64,000 bases of DNA, from positions 3,830 to 67,829 of the forward strand of contig CAISEE010000046.1 in the NCBI GenBank assembly GCA_903884345.1, written 5' to 3'. The notes below the pieces were generated by a model. The model was not told the origin of the DNA and did no database searches. It saw only the letters and a program-made list of their open reading frames with translations. Positions 50,266-60,109 of the stretch are shown piece after piece; the stretch's first letter is position 1; the number at the start of each line of letters is the position of its first letter. The stretch is from Candidatus Adlerbacteria bacterium. Its GTDB lineage: Bacteria > Patescibacteriota > Minisyncoccia > Phycocordibacterales > SBAW01. The translations under genes were made by a program, and so were the position numbers.

Positions 50266-50833
50266 GGATCGCAACCACGTTTGCGACCGCCGCCGCCAAT
50301 TGCTGGTCGGCGTTAATAACCGTGAAGTCACACAGGGGGCGGTCTTCGGCGACCTCTTTGAGTGCGTTTTGTTGGCGCTGTGCCAACTCCTCGTCGCTCA
50401 TCTCGGGGTTGCGGGTGCGCAGGCGCGCGAGCAACTCGGTCATATCGCCCGGCATGATGAAAATCGCGGTCGCGCCGTAGTGTTTTTTGTAAAACGAAAT
50501 GCCGACGCCGTCGGTATTGGCCAACACGACGAAGCCTGCATCGAGTTTACTCTGCAGGTCGGGCGCGTACGTGCCGTAGTAGACGTCACGATTTTCTATA
50601 TGAGTCACTTCAAGCATCTCCCCCGCCGTCTGCTTGGCGAGAAAATCTTCTTTGCTGAAGAAGTAGTAGTCGACGCCGTAGGTCTCGCCGGGTCGGGGCG
50701 CACGCGTCGTGGCCGTCACCAGGCGGCGCACACGGTCTGGAAACTGCGCGAGGATGGCGTTGGTGATGGCGCTCTCACCGCTCCCACTGGGACCCGAGAT
50801 GACGGCAACCTGCTTTATGCTGCCGTCCCCCAT
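50237..50833 (-). CDS. gmk: Guanylate kinase
   Basis: SGPSGSGE, TTRAPRPGE..GVDYYF, YYGT. Confidence 0.92.
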   Translation of the reverse strand: MGDGSIKQVAVISGPSGSGESAITNAILAQFPDRVRRLVTATTRAPRPGETYGVDYYFFSKEDFLAKQTAGEMLEVTHIENRDVYYGTYAPDLQSKLDAGFVVLANTDGVGISFYKKHYGATAIFIMPGDMTELLARLRTRNPEMSDEELAQRQQNALKEVAEDRPLCDFTVINADQQLAAAVANVVAILTREGYRLA

Positions 50834-50835
50834 GA

Positions 50836-52107
50836 TTAGTATTCGCGGAGCGAGATTTGCGCGTCGATGCGACGTGCGAGGTCGAGAATGACCGAGACGA
50901 CGATGAGGAGTGCGGTGCCGCCCAGGGTCAGCGACTGAATGCCGGTCAGGGATTGCATGGCAATCGGGAGGACGGCGATGACGCCAAGGAAGAGCGCGCC
51001 GACGAAGGTGATGCGGGTGATGATGCGGCCGAGGTACTCGGTGGTCGAGTTACCGGGGCGCACGCCCGGGATGAAAGCGCCATTCTTCTGGAGGTTCTCG
51101 GAAATCTGCTTGGGGTCGAAGGTAACCGCGGTGTAGAAGTAGGTGAAGAGGAAGACGAGCGCGAAGTAGATCGAGCCGTAGATACCGAGGTTCTGGAGGC
51201 CATGGAGGACGACGGTTGCGGCAGCAGCCACGAAGTGGATGTGCGAGGTCGTAAAGAAGGTCGCCACCATCTGCGGGATGAGGAGGAGCGAGAGCGCGAA
51301 GATAATCGGGATCACACCTGCCTGATTGAGGCGCAGCGGGAGGAAGGTCGTGGTGCCGCCATAGGTCTTCATGCCGCGCACGCGTTTGGCGTAGGTCACG
51401 GGCACCGGGCGCTCGGCCTCGGTCACAACGACGACGGCCCACACGATGGCGAAGGTGGCAGCGAGGAAGGCCAGGTAGACCGGGATCTGGCTTGCGGTAA
51501 ACGAGAAGGCAGCCTGGCTGATGTCACGCGGGAGGCGCGCCACGATACCGGCGAAGATGAGGACCGAGACGCCGTTGCCCAGGCCAAACTCCGAGACGAG
51601 TTCACCGAGCCACATAAGCAGCAGCGAGCCTGCGACGACGACCAAGAGGTTGACGCCAAACTGGAAGGCGTTGAGCGTCTGCATGATGCCCTCGCGCTGC
51701 AAGATAAGGAGGAAGCTGATGCCCTGGACGACGGCGATCGGGAGCGTCAAAAAGCGCGTGTACTGGGCGAACTTCTGGCGGCCTGCCTCACCCTCTTCTT
51801 GATAGAGCTGCTTGAGGCTCGGGATCATCATGGTCAAAAGCTGCAGGATGATCGACGCGGTGATGTAGGGGCCCACACCCAAAAGGACGATCGAGAGGTT
51901 CGAGAGTCCGCCGCCCGAGAAGAGGTTGAGGAGGCCGAAGAATTGGTTGTTGCTGAAGAATTGCTGGAGTGCCTGCGCGTTGATGCCCGGAATCGGGATC
52001 GACGCGAGCGCGCGAAAGATCGCGAGCGAGCCCAAGACGAAGAGCAACCGATTGCGGAGCGTCGAGTCTTTGAGCAGTAATGAAATTTTAGCTGCGAACG
52101 AGTTCAT
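50836..52107 (-). CDS. secY: Preprotein translocase SecY
   Basis: LGVGPYITASII, GLGNGVS, AGVIPIIFA, FIPGVRPG. Confidence 0.98.
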   Translation of the reverse strand: MNSFAAKISLLLKDSTLRNRLLFVLGSLAIFRALASIPIPGINAQALQQFFSNNQFFGLLNLFSGGGLSNLSIVLLGVGPYITASIILQLLTMMIPSLKQLYQEEGEAGRQKFAQYTRFLTLPIAVVQGISFLLILQREGIMQTLNAFQFGVNLLVVVAGSLLLMWLGELVSEFGLGNGVSVLIFAGIVARLPRDISQAAFSFTASQIPVYLAFLAATFAIVWAVVVVTEAERPVPVTYAKRVRGMKTYGGTTTFLPLRLNQAGVIPIIFALSLLLIPQMVATFFTTSHIHFVAAAATVVLHGLQNLGIYGSIYFALVFLFTYFYTAVTFDPKQISENLQKNGAFIPGVRPGNSTTEYLGRIITRITFVGALFLGVIAVLPIAMQSLTGIQSLTLGGTALLIVVSVILDLARRIDAQISLREY

Positions 52108-52113
52108 GAGGGT

Positions 52114-52557
52114 TTACTCGGCAATCGAACCGCCCGCCTTCTCGATCTTCTCTTTAGCCGAGCCTGAAACGACGCAGCCGGCGATGATGAACTTCTTGGT
52201 GACCTCACCGTTGCCGAGAATCTTCACGGCCGGAGTGATGGTCTTGCGTGCGCGAACGAGGCCGCGCTCGACCAAGACTGCCGGCGAGATGGTCTCCCCC
52301 GCCTTGAAGGCGACCTCAAGCGAGCTCACATTCACGACCGCAGGCTTCTCCTGGATGCTGTAGAGGCCCTGGATGCCGCGTCCGCGCATCTTCGGAAGTT
52401 TCTTGAGCTTCTCGCGGACGTCTGGGCGAATCGAGTGACCGGCGCGCGCCTTCTGACCCTTGGTACCACGACCCGAGGTCTTGCCGCGAATACCGCCACG
52501 ACCGACGCGCTTGGCCGATTTCGTTGCTGTCTTTGGTTTGAGTTCGTGGAGTTGCAT
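52114..52557 (-). CDS. rplO: 50S ribosomal protein L15
   Basis: RVGRG, GKTSGRGTKGQKAR. Confidence 0.97.
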   Translation of the reverse strand: MQLHELKPKTATKSAKRVGRGGIRGKTSGRGTKGQKARAGHSIRPDVREKLKKLPKMRGRGIQGLYSIQEKPAVVNVSSLEVAFKAGETISPAVLVERGLVRARKTITPAVKILGNGEVTKKFIIAGCVVSGSAKEKIEKAGGSIAE

Positions 52558-52562
52558 AAAAG

Positions 52563-53174
52563 TTAGGCTTTGAGCTGCTTAAGCGCTTCGATTGCGGCGC
52601 GCGCGTTGTTAAGACCGTTCTTGCTGCCCGAGTGGATCTTGGCCACCACATTGGTGACGCCACCCAATTCGAGGACCGGGCGAACCGACGAGCCGGCGAC
52701 GAGACCGCGGCCGCGAGCCGGCATGAGCGAGACGCGTGCGGCGCAGTACTTGGCGTCGACCTCGTGTGCGATCGAGGTGTCTTTGGTGAGGTTGATGGTG
52801 ATCATGTGCTTCTTGGCATCGCGGACCGCCTTGTCGATTGCAAGCGTCGTGTCCCCTGCTTTGCCGAGACCCACACCGACTTTGCCCTTCTTGTTGCCGA
52901 TGATGATTGCAACCGAGAATGAGAAGCGGCGACCGCCGGCGACCACACGCGCCACGCGGCGGATGTTGATCATCTTTTGGTCAAACTCGCTTTTCGCGCG
53001 CGGAGGGCGCGGACCGCGATTGCCGCCAGGGCCACCTGGGCGACCGCCGGGGCGACCAGCACCGCCGCGAGCACCGCGTCCGCGCGGCGAAAACGCCGGC
53101 TTTGCCGAAGGAGCAGCGGCAGTGGTTGCCTCTGGTGCCTGTCCTGCGGTGATGTTGTTTTCGATGTCAGCCAT
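52563..53174 (-). CDS. rpsE: 30S ribosomal protein S5
   Basis: RRVARVVAGGRRFSF. Confidence 0.97.
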   Translation of the reverse strand: MADIENNITAGQAPEATTAAAPSAKPAFSPRGRGARGGAGRPGGRPGGPGGNRGPRPPRAKSEFDQKMINIRRVARVVAGGRRFSFSVAIIIGNKKGKVGVGLGKAGDTTLAIDKAVRDAKKHMITINLTKDTSIAHEVDAKYCAARVSLMPARGRGLVAGSSVRPVLELGGVTNVVAKIHSGSKNGLNNARAAIEALKQLKA

Positions 53175-53184
53175 GAATAGATAG

Positions 53185-53538
53185 TTAGAATTTCAAACCG
53201 CCCTCGCGAGCCGCATCAGCCAATACAGCGACCCGTCCGGTGTAGCGGAACCCGCCGCGGTCAAAGACCACCGTCGTGATGCCGAGCGCCGCCGCCTTCT
53301 TGGCGAGTTCGACGCCGAGCGCCTTTGCGGCATCGGTCTTCTTCATGCCCTTGGCAGCCTCTTTGGTCGAGCCTGCGACCAGGGTGACGCGCTTTGCGTC
53401 ATCGATGATCTGCGCGTGCATGTAGCGGTTCGATTTGTAGACCGACAGGCGCGGCTGCGTGGCCGAGCCGATGACCTGGGTGCGGATACGTGCGTGACGT
53501 CGTTCGCGGCCGATTCGTTTGTTGTTGGTAGTAGTCAT
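53185..53538 (-). CDS. rplR: 50S ribosomal protein L18
   Basis: PRLSV, VFDRGGFRYTGRV. Confidence 0.97.
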   Translation of the reverse strand: MTTTNNKRIGRERRHARIRTQVIGSATQPRLSVYKSNRYMHAQIIDDAKRVTLVAGSTKEAAKGMKKTDAAKALGVELAKKAAALGITTVVFDRGGFRYTGRVAVLADAAREGGLKF

Positions 53539-53546
53539 AACGGTGT

Positions 53547-54080
53547 TTATGAGGTCTTCTTACCCTGCTTGCGGCGGATAACTTCCCCATCGTAGCGGAT
53601 GCCCTTGCCTTTGTACGGCTCCGGCTTCTTCTGCGCGCGGACGTTTGCGGCAAACTGGCCGACCGCCTCTTTATCAAAACCGGTGATGGTGAGTGCGTTC
53701 TTCTCGGCGACGACAGTGAGCCCTTCGGGGATCGCCATCTTGACCGGGTGCGAGAAGCCGAGCGAGAGGTTGAGCACCTTGCCCTGAACATCCCACTTGA
53801 AGCCGACGCCTTCGACGAGGAGCTTCTTGCTGTAACCCTTGGTCACGCCTTCGAGCATGTTGCGTACGTGCGAGGCGTAGGTGCCGACGGTTGCGCGTGA
53901 CTCGATGGTCGACCCCTTGGCCGAGACCTGGACACCCTCTGGAGTGACCTCGACAGAGACGAGGCGGTTGGCTGCGCGGGTGAGCGTTCCCTTCGGACCC
54001 TTGACCGTGATAAGGCCGCCCGAAACGGTGAGTTCGGTTTGTGCGGGGAGGCTGATTGGGCGTTTAGCAAGACGTGACAT
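53547..54080 (-). CDS. rplF: 50S ribosomal protein L6
   Basis: LGFSHP, PEPYKGKGIRY. Confidence 0.98.
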   Translation of the reverse strand: MSRLAKRPISLPAQTELTVSGGLITVKGPKGTLTRAANRLVSVEVTPEGVQVSAKGSTIESRATVGTYASHVRNMLEGVTKGYSKKLLVEGVGFKWDVQGKVLNLSLGFSHPVKMAIPEGLTVVAEKNALTITGFDKEAVGQFAANVRAQKKPEPYKGKGIRYDGEVIRRKQGKKTS

Positions 54081-54086
54081 AATGAT

Positions 54087-54476
54087 TTACCAAATTTCGA
54101 ACAGAGTCTCGCCGCCGACGCGCTGCTCGCGAGCTTCTTTACCAGTAAGGATGCCTGCCGGGGTCGAGAGGAGCAGAAGGCCGTGACCACGCTTGACCGG
54201 CTGGATGTCGCGCACACCGGCGTAGAGGCGGCGTGAGGGCTTCGAGAGGCGCTTGACGCCCGAGATGACCGGCTTGCCGTCTTTGTAGGCAAGAGCGACG
54301 ATAAGCGAGGCGCCGGCCTTGGACTTCTTGTCGATCGAGGCGACATAGCCCTCGCGGACCAAGACCTCGGCGATGGCACGCTTCATCTGCGAGTACGGCA
54401 AGGTCAAAGTCTCCTTACCAGCGTTGCTGGCGTTCTTGAGACGAATAATGAAATCTGCTGTTGGGTCGGTTACCAT
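54087..54476 (-). CDS. rpsH: 30S ribosomal protein S8
   Basis: [26 protein letters not shown]. Confidence 0.97.
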   Translation of the reverse strand: MVTDPTADFIIRLKNASNAGKETLTLPYSQMKRAIAEVLVREGYVASIDKKSKAGASLIVALAYKDGKPVISGVKRLSKPSRRLYAGVRDIQPVKRGHGLLLLSTPAGILTGKEAREQRVGGETLFEIW

Positions 54477-54655
54477 GATGATTTTCGGATGCCCGGAATA
54501 AGACCTTCGTTAGCGGCTTCGCGGAAGCAGGTGCGGCACATACCGAAGTCGCGCATAAACGAGCGAGCGCGGCCGCAGCGGAAACAGCGGTTAACCGCGC
54601 GCGAAGAGAACTTCGGCGTCTTATTCGATCTTGCTACTGTAGATTTTTTTGCCAT
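54470..54655 (-). CDS. rpsZ: 30S ribosomal protein S14, zinc-binding type
   Basis: RCFRCGR...MCRTCFRE...KSSW. Confidence 0.96.
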   Translation of the reverse strand: MAKKSTVARSNKTPKFSSRAVNRCFRCGRARSFMRDFGMCRTCFREAANEGLIPGIRKSSW

Positions 54656-54690
54656 TTAGAAAAGAAAAGCCCGAAAAAAGGGCTTCGCAG

Positions 54691-54719
54691 ATAGTACGCG
54701 AAAGCGGTTAGAAAGTCAA
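54691..54719 (-). promoter_or_regulatory. Internal promoter for the distal half of the spc operon
   Basis: TTGACT-17-TACTAT upstream of the S14 gene. Confidence 0.75.
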
Positions 54720-54804
54720 CAAACTCGCCTGCGCTTCATATAGTTTCCATACCCTGCCCTGTGGAAACCCTATGGTTGCGAGTGGTGGTACAATGGAAAT
54801 ATAT

Positions 54805-55515
54805 ATGATTGAAATAGACTCACTGCACAAACAGATTGACGGGCGAACCATCGTGTCCAACCTCTCACTTTCGATACAAAAGGGCTCTGTCTTCGGCTTT
54901 TTGGGCCCCAACGGAGCGGGCAAGACGACCACGATGAAGATTCTGGTGGGACTCAACCACCCCTCCTCGGGGCGGGTCACCATCGACGGGCACGCCCCGA
55001 GCGAGACCCTGACCCGCGAGAAACTGGGCTTTATGCCCGAGGCACCGTACTTCTACGAGCACCTCACGGGGTTGGAGTTCCTGCGCTTTTGCGGCGAGCT
55101 CTTTGCCCGGCCCCGCGGCGAGGCCGCCTACGAGGCACTGCTGCGCAAAGTCGGCATCTTCGAGGCCAAAGACCAGCGCATCACCACCTACTCCAAGGGC
55201 ATGAAGCAGCGCCTGGGGTTTGCGCAGGCCCTGGTGAATGACCCCGAGTACGTCTTCCTCGACGAGCCCTTGGATGGCCTTGACCCCATCGGCCGCCGGG
55301 CGCTTAAATCGATGATCCGGGAACTCAAGCACGACGGGCGCACGGTCTTCTTTAACTCTCACATCCTCTTTGACACCGAGGAGCTGTGCGACGAGATCGG
55401 CATCCTCAACCGCGGCTCCCTCCTGTTTGCCGGCCCTTTGGGCGAGTTTACCCGCGGCCTGTCGCTGGAAGAGCAGTTCGTCGCCACTATTGAGCAACTC
55501 GAAGTAACTGCATGA
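54805..55515 (+). CDS. ABC transporter ATP-binding protein (PilH/XapD-like)
   Basis: GPNGAGKTT, YSKGMKQR, LDEP, SHIL. Confidence 0.93.
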   Translation: MIEIDSLHKQIDGRTIVSNLSLSIQKGSVFGFLGPNGAGKTTTMKILVGLNHPSSGRVTIDGHAPSETLTREKLGFMPEAPYFYEHLTGLEFLRFCGELFARPRGEAAYEALLRKVGIFEAKDQRITTYSKGMKQRLGFAQALVNDPEYVFLDEPLDGLDPIGRRALKSMIRELKHDGRTVFFNSHILFDTEELCDEIGILNRGSLLFAGPLGEFTRGLSLEEQFVATIEQLEVTA

Positions 55516-56288
55516 AACACTCATTTATCCGCGACACCCTGGTCGTCGCCAAAAATACGTTCAAAGAAAGCGTGCGCGACAAGGTCTTTTACGCCCTCTT
55601 CGCCTTCGCCTTCATCACCATCACCTTTACCCTCTTCTTGGGTTCGATTTCGCTGAGCGAAGACGTCCACGTGATTCGAAGCCTCGGGATGGCCGGCATC
55701 TACCTCTTTAGCATCCTCATCACGGTCTTTTTGGGCACCGCGCTCATGTACAAAGAGATCGAGCGCCGCACGCTCTACTTCATCCTCTCAAAACCAGTCA
55801 CCCACGCGCAGGTCGTGGTCGGCAAGTTCCTCGGGCTCTTTGCGAGTGTCGCACTCTCGACCCTGGGTATGACGGCAGTCTACCTCGCGACCGTGCTCTA
55901 CGCGGGCGGCGGGTTTGATCGATTGGCACTTCTGGCCGTCTTCTTCGAGATTCTCGAGCTCGGCCTCCTCATCGCGCTCTCAATCTTCTTCTCGACCTTC
56001 GCCAAGCCCCTTGCGGGCGCGGTCTACGCCATCCTCGTCATCTACATCGGCCACTCGCTGGGGATGCTCGCTGCGGTCTCCGAAAAGAGCGGCGTTCTCG
56101 CGCACCGCTTCATCCAAGTGCTCTACTACCTTTTGCCCAACCTCGAGAAATTTAACATACGCGATTTGGTCCTCTACAACCAGGCACCCTCGCTCTCTGC
56201 CACCCTGGCGGTCGTCCTCTACGCCGCGGTCTACGCGACGATACTCCTGTGCGGCGGGACACTACTTCTTAAGCGACGCGAATTTTAG
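55512..56288 (+). CDS. ABC-2 type permease (PilI/XapB-like)
   Basis: NTFKESVRDK, KEIERRTLYFILSKP, GKFLG, LLPNL, KRREF. Confidence 0.9.
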   Translation: MKHSFIRDTLVVAKNTFKESVRDKVFYALFAFAFITITFTLFLGSISLSEDVHVIRSLGMAGIYLFSILITVFLGTALMYKEIERRTLYFILSKPVTHAQVVVGKFLGLFASVALSTLGMTAVYLATVLYAGGGFDRLALLAVFFEILELGLLIALSIFFSTFAKPLAGAVYAILVIYIGHSLGMLAAVSEKSGVLAHRFIQVLYYLLPNLEKFNIRDLVLYNQAPSLSATLAVVLYAAVYATILLCGGTLLLKRREF

Positions 56289-56290
56289 CC

Positions 56291-57121
56291 ATGCCCGAGG
56301 TCGTACGACATAGCAGTACTGCGCGCTGGGCACTCGCGCTGACCCTCCTCATCGCGCTCGTGGGAAGCCAGGTTTTCTTTGACCGCAACGCGCCCCAGGG
56401 CCACGACATTCCACTGAGCACCCTCTCGCCCGACGTCGTGCGCGCCGCAGACCTTGGCCTGCACGGGGCGGCGGCATCTCTGCTGTGGCTTCGTGTCGTG
56501 CAAAACGTCGGTATGTACGTCCTGCAGTCGCCCAAGACCATGTCGAGCGACATGCAGGCGGTCGTCGAGCTGGATCCCAAGTTTAGCTACCCCTACAGCT
56601 TCGCCGTGCTCATGATCCCCGGCATCGATCGCTCGCAGACGCCCCAAGCACTGGCAATCGGCGAGCGCGGCATGGCCGAGAACCTCGGCGACTGGCGCAT
56701 CCCCTACTACCTGGGCTTTACCTACCACTTCGTGCTGCACGACCCCAAAAACGCCCTCGTGTATATGACACAGACGGCGCACACGCCGGGCGTCCCCGAG
56801 GGCATCAAGGTCTCGGCACTCAACTATGGCTCACAGACGAAGGTCGAGGAACAGACGCGCGAGATCTGGACCGCGATTCGCGACAATGCCACCGACGACG
56901 TCACCCGCCAGCAGGCGCAAGATAACCTCGACCACCTCGCCATCATCGACGGCCTAAAAGCCGCGGTGGCAGCCTACAAGGCTCGATACGGCACCTTCCC
57001 CACCCGCCTCGACGCACTCGTCACCTCGGGGATCATCCCGGCGATTCCGCAAGATCCGTTCGGCATCACGTTTGGTATACTGCACGACAACGGCGAGCTC
57101 ACGTTTTCACTCGGCAAATAA
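56291..57121 (+). CDS. PilG/XapA-like TPR protein with a GspG-like C-terminal segment
   Basis: LLWLRVVQ, LDPKFSYPY, DWRIPYYLGFTY, then AYKARYGTFP..L..LV..GII..IPQDPFG. Confidence 0.7.
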   Translation: MPEVVRHSSTARWALALTLLIALVGSQVFFDRNAPQGHDIPLSTLSPDVVRAADLGLHGAAASLLWLRVVQNVGMYVLQSPKTMSSDMQAVVELDPKFSYPYSFAVLMIPGIDRSQTPQALAIGERGMAENLGDWRIPYYLGFTYHFVLHDPKNALVYMTQTAHTPGVPEGIKVSALNYGSQTKVEEQTREIWTAIRDNATDDVTRQQAQDNLDHLAIIDGLKAAVAAYKARYGTFPTRLDALVTSGIIPAIPQDPFGITFGILHDNGELTFSLGK

Positions 57122-57130
57122 CATTCCTGC

Positions 57131-58621
57131 ATGCACCACCACGCCGACCTCTACGCGATTCTTCCCCTCTCGGCGCTCGCCCTTCTGACCACCCTCTCGG
57201 CGCTCTCCAACCCCTACAGCCGCATGAGTCGCGTGCGCAATCCGTTTGAGACCAAGCTTGCGCACGGCCGCATCACACTCACGAAACGGTTCGACCTGTC
57301 GGTGCGCCGATCGCTCTTTTGGCGTCTGTTCGCATACGGCAAATGCGGGTGGCACATCGTCTCGAACGTGCGCGCGGGCTCTCGCGCCAAAAGCAAAACC
57401 CGCGAGGGCATCATTCGCGACATCCACCGCGTGCGTTTCAATCCCAAGCGGCCGTACGTCATCTCGGGCGACCACTTCAACGTCTTCTACCCGCGCAACC
57501 TCGGCGTCTTTTACTACGCGATGATCGACCCGCGCACGGCACTGAGCCCCGCCGATTTCGAGCATCGCCAGCGCCTGTACCTGCAGTCGGCGGCCTACGC
57601 CATCGCCGCCTTCGCCGAACATGGCGATTGCACGACGACCATCGTCCCCGTGGGCGAGCGTGCCGTCTGCTGCATCAACTTCTACACCTACCCCTCCGAC
57701 GCCCTCTACGGCATCCTCTTTGCGCTTGCCGTCCTGCGCGACGATCGTGTCTTTTGCGAGCGATTCCCTTTCACCCCCGCTGCCGCCCCTGCGCCCGTGA
57801 CCAAAGATGCCGCCGAGGCGCTGCTTAGCGAGCGCCGCGCGACACTCGAACTGCTCCTGCAAAAGTACGTCGTACATGTTTATGATTTTGAAACCGGCCT
57901 CATTAAAACCAACGTGCGCATCTCGTCGGCCAAAGACATCACCATCCGCGAGGGTGCGTTTTATGACAACGTCATCGTATGGAAGACGCTGTCGCTGGCC
58001 GACGAACTTGGTCTCACTCGACCTGACATTAACCTGCCTCAGCTGAAGGCCCGCATTCTTACGGCCTTCTGGCGCGAGCAAGACGGCTTCTTTCTCGAGG
58101 ATCAATCGCGTGCCGCGGCGAGCGAGGGCTACTACTCGGCCGACTGGCTGACCGCTTTCTTCACCGGATTCCTCGATGCCAACGTCCCCGCCGAAGTAAC
58201 GTACCTGCGCCGCGCGGTCGGCTACACGATGCGACAAAACCTCGACCTCCCCTTCCCGCTGCGCTACCAGGGCGAGGATCGCGCGAGCCGACAGTACCCG
58301 CTCGTGCGCCTCGTCGTCCCCTCCTACGGCGGCACCAGCATCTGGAGCTTTTGGGGCGCCGAGTTCATCAAGCTTTTGGTCGTCCTCTACCGCCACACGG
58401 GAAACGAGACATACCTTGCGCGCGCCGGCCAGCACGTCGAAACGTATGAAAAGAATATGGAACAGTACCGCGGCTACCCCGAGGTCTACAACACCGACGG
58501 CGGCATGCTCAACACACCGCTCTACAAATCCGTCCGCCAAACCGGCTGGGTCGTCGGCTTCGAACAAGCCGCCGCGATGTACCGTGCGGCTACAGAAATC
58601 ACAGAAGCGGCAAAAAATTAA
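57131..58621 (+). CDS. Putative (alpha/alpha)6 glycosidase-like protein
   Basis: GDHFNVFYPRN, YGGTSIWSFWG and GYPEVY resemble GDE_C-type motifs (YHNGSVWP, LPELF). Confidence 0.55.
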   Translation: MHHHADLYAILPLSALALLTTLSALSNPYSRMSRVRNPFETKLAHGRITLTKRFDLSVRRSLFWRLFAYGKCGWHIVSNVRAGSRAKSKTREGIIRDIHRVRFNPKRPYVISGDHFNVFYPRNLGVFYYAMIDPRTALSPADFEHRQRLYLQSAAYAIAAFAEHGDCTTTIVPVGERAVCCINFYTYPSDALYGILFALAVLRDDRVFCERFPFTPAAAPAPVTKDAAEALLSERRATLELLLQKYVVHVYDFETGLIKTNVRISSAKDITIREGAFYDNVIVWKTLSLADELGLTRPDINLPQLKARILTAFWREQDGFFLEDQSRAAASEGYYSADWLTAFFTGFLDANVPAEVTYLRRAVGYTMRQNLDLPFPLRYQGEDRASRQYPLVRLVVPSYGGTSIWSFWGAEFIKLLVVLYRHTGNETYLARAGQHVETYEKNMEQYRGYPEVYNTDGGMLNTPLYKSVRQTGWVVGFEQAAAMYRAATEITEAAKN

Positions 58622-58709
58622 CGCTTCATCTTTTCATGTACAAGCACCTCCTGGTTGAGTAAAATGATGCGCAGACGGACTGCGATACCACAACAAACAA
58701 AGGGAAGGA

Positions 58710-59102
58710 TTGCATTGCATGGTCGAGGCGTCACTCATCGCACAGACGTTTTGCACGAACCTCACGTTCTTAGCTGCGCTTATCGAGGCCTTTCACGACT
58801 ATAACGAAAAAGTACCCAACGGAGGCGAAATTTCCAGCACGACATTGACGCTGTACGAGGAGTCGGCCGATACCGAATACCAGATTCGCATTGACTTGAG
58901 TCCGCACCTCAGCCGGGACGGACCCGATCGACTCCTCGACGCCCACGGGCTTACCTTGCGCGAGGATGTGCAACACGTTCTCACTGCGCTCCTCACCCAT
59001 CATCGTGGGCACAAGGATTCACCGAGCATCTTAGTTCTCATCATACTTCTGTCATCAAACGCCGGTCACGGCACCGCGTCTGCTACGATTCCCATCCGCT
59101 AA
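58710..59102 (+). CDS. Hypothetical protein
   Basis: 130-aa ORF after AAGGGAAGGA. Confidence 0.45.
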   Translation: MHCMVEASLIAQTFCTNLTFLAALIEAFHDYNEKVPNGGEISSTTLTLYEESADTEYQIRIDLSPHLSRDGPDRLLDAHGLTLREDVQHVLTALLTHHRGHKDSPSILVLIILLSSNAGHGTASATIPIR

Positions 59103-59178
59103 GTACCAACGATACACGGCCTCACTCGCAAGAGCGGGGCCGTAACTAGTTCGCCCAACGAGCGTTGTATATGTGTAT

Positions 59179-59489
59179 ATGACCAAACACCCCATCCTAA
59201 ACGCATTGCTGGCGGCCTTGTATATCGGCCTCATCGCGTCGTTAATGTTCTTCGGGCAGCGATACGTTGACCCGGTCGATAACGTGCTCATGCCGATGAC
59301 CATGCTGTCCTTGTTGACACTCTCGGTCGCGTTTATGGCCTGCGCTTTTTCCTCCAGCCCGTACTCCTGTATTTGGACGGACACAAGGTCGCGGCCGTCA
59401 AACTGATCCTGCACACCATCGCCGCCTTCGCGATCATCACAGCGCTCTTTCTCGCCGCCCTCTTCATCTCGCCGCTACTCTACAAATAA
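59179..59489 (+). pseudogene. Membrane protein, frameshifted at a T5 run
   Basis: Adding one T at 59346-59350 joins MTKHPILNA...AF to FLQPVLLYLDGHKVAAVKLILHTI...YK. Confidence 0.7.
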
Positions 59490-59493
59490 AGAG

Positions 59494-59518
59494 TTTGCGG
59501 AGGTCAGTCCTCCGCAAA
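59494..59518. repeat. REP-like palindrome, copy 2
   Basis: TTTGCGGAGG-TCAGT-CCTCCGCAAA. Confidence 0.78.
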
Positions 59519-59572
59519 TTTGTTTGACAAGACCATGCGTTTAGGTACTATGCAAAATAGCTAAACTAGTTC

Positions 59573-60031
59573 ATGGAGAACGTAATGCTTACGCGACGGC
59601 AGGTATTCATAGGTGCTACTGCTGCTGCAGCAATGGCTCCTGTATTGGCTAACATGATGCTCGATACCAGCGCCGCTTCGGAGCGCGATGCTGCTCTGCG
59701 GTTGATCGCGGCACGGGTGAAGACAGCGCTCAGCACCCCCGTTTCGACGAACGCAACGCCGGACTTCGTACGGATGTGGGAGCAACTCACCGCCGAATGG
59801 AGAACCGCACCAGACCTTGTAGCGATGGTGGAACAGAAGACAAACAGGATTTTCGCCAACGGCTACTCGATCTTGGTGTACGCGCACTTCGGCAGCCTGC
59901 CCTCGCAAGGGATGGTAAGGGATTACTTCTCCGACTACGCTCTCGACCACTTCCCGTTCCACTACCATGAATTACGCGAGCCGGAGATGCTTGCGGCATT
60001 CACAGCGCTTGTGCCCCAACACCTGCGCTGA
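59573..60031 (+). CDS. Orphan protein with a twin-arginine-like N-terminus
   Basis: TTGACA-16-TACTAT promoter; MLTRRQVFIGATAAAAMAP. Confidence 0.6.
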   Translation: MENVMLTRRQVFIGATAAAAMAPVLANMMLDTSAASERDAALRLIAARVKTALSTPVSTNATPDFVRMWEQLTAEWRTAPDLVAMVEQKTNRIFANGYSILVYAHFGSLPSQGMVRDYFSDYALDHFPFHYHELREPEMLAAFTALVPQHLR

Positions 60032-60109
60032 CACCCTTTTGTCTCATTTTGGGAGAGCCGCTTAGTAGCAAACGCGAACAGCGGCTCTTTACTTCTATGA
60101 CCCACCGTC

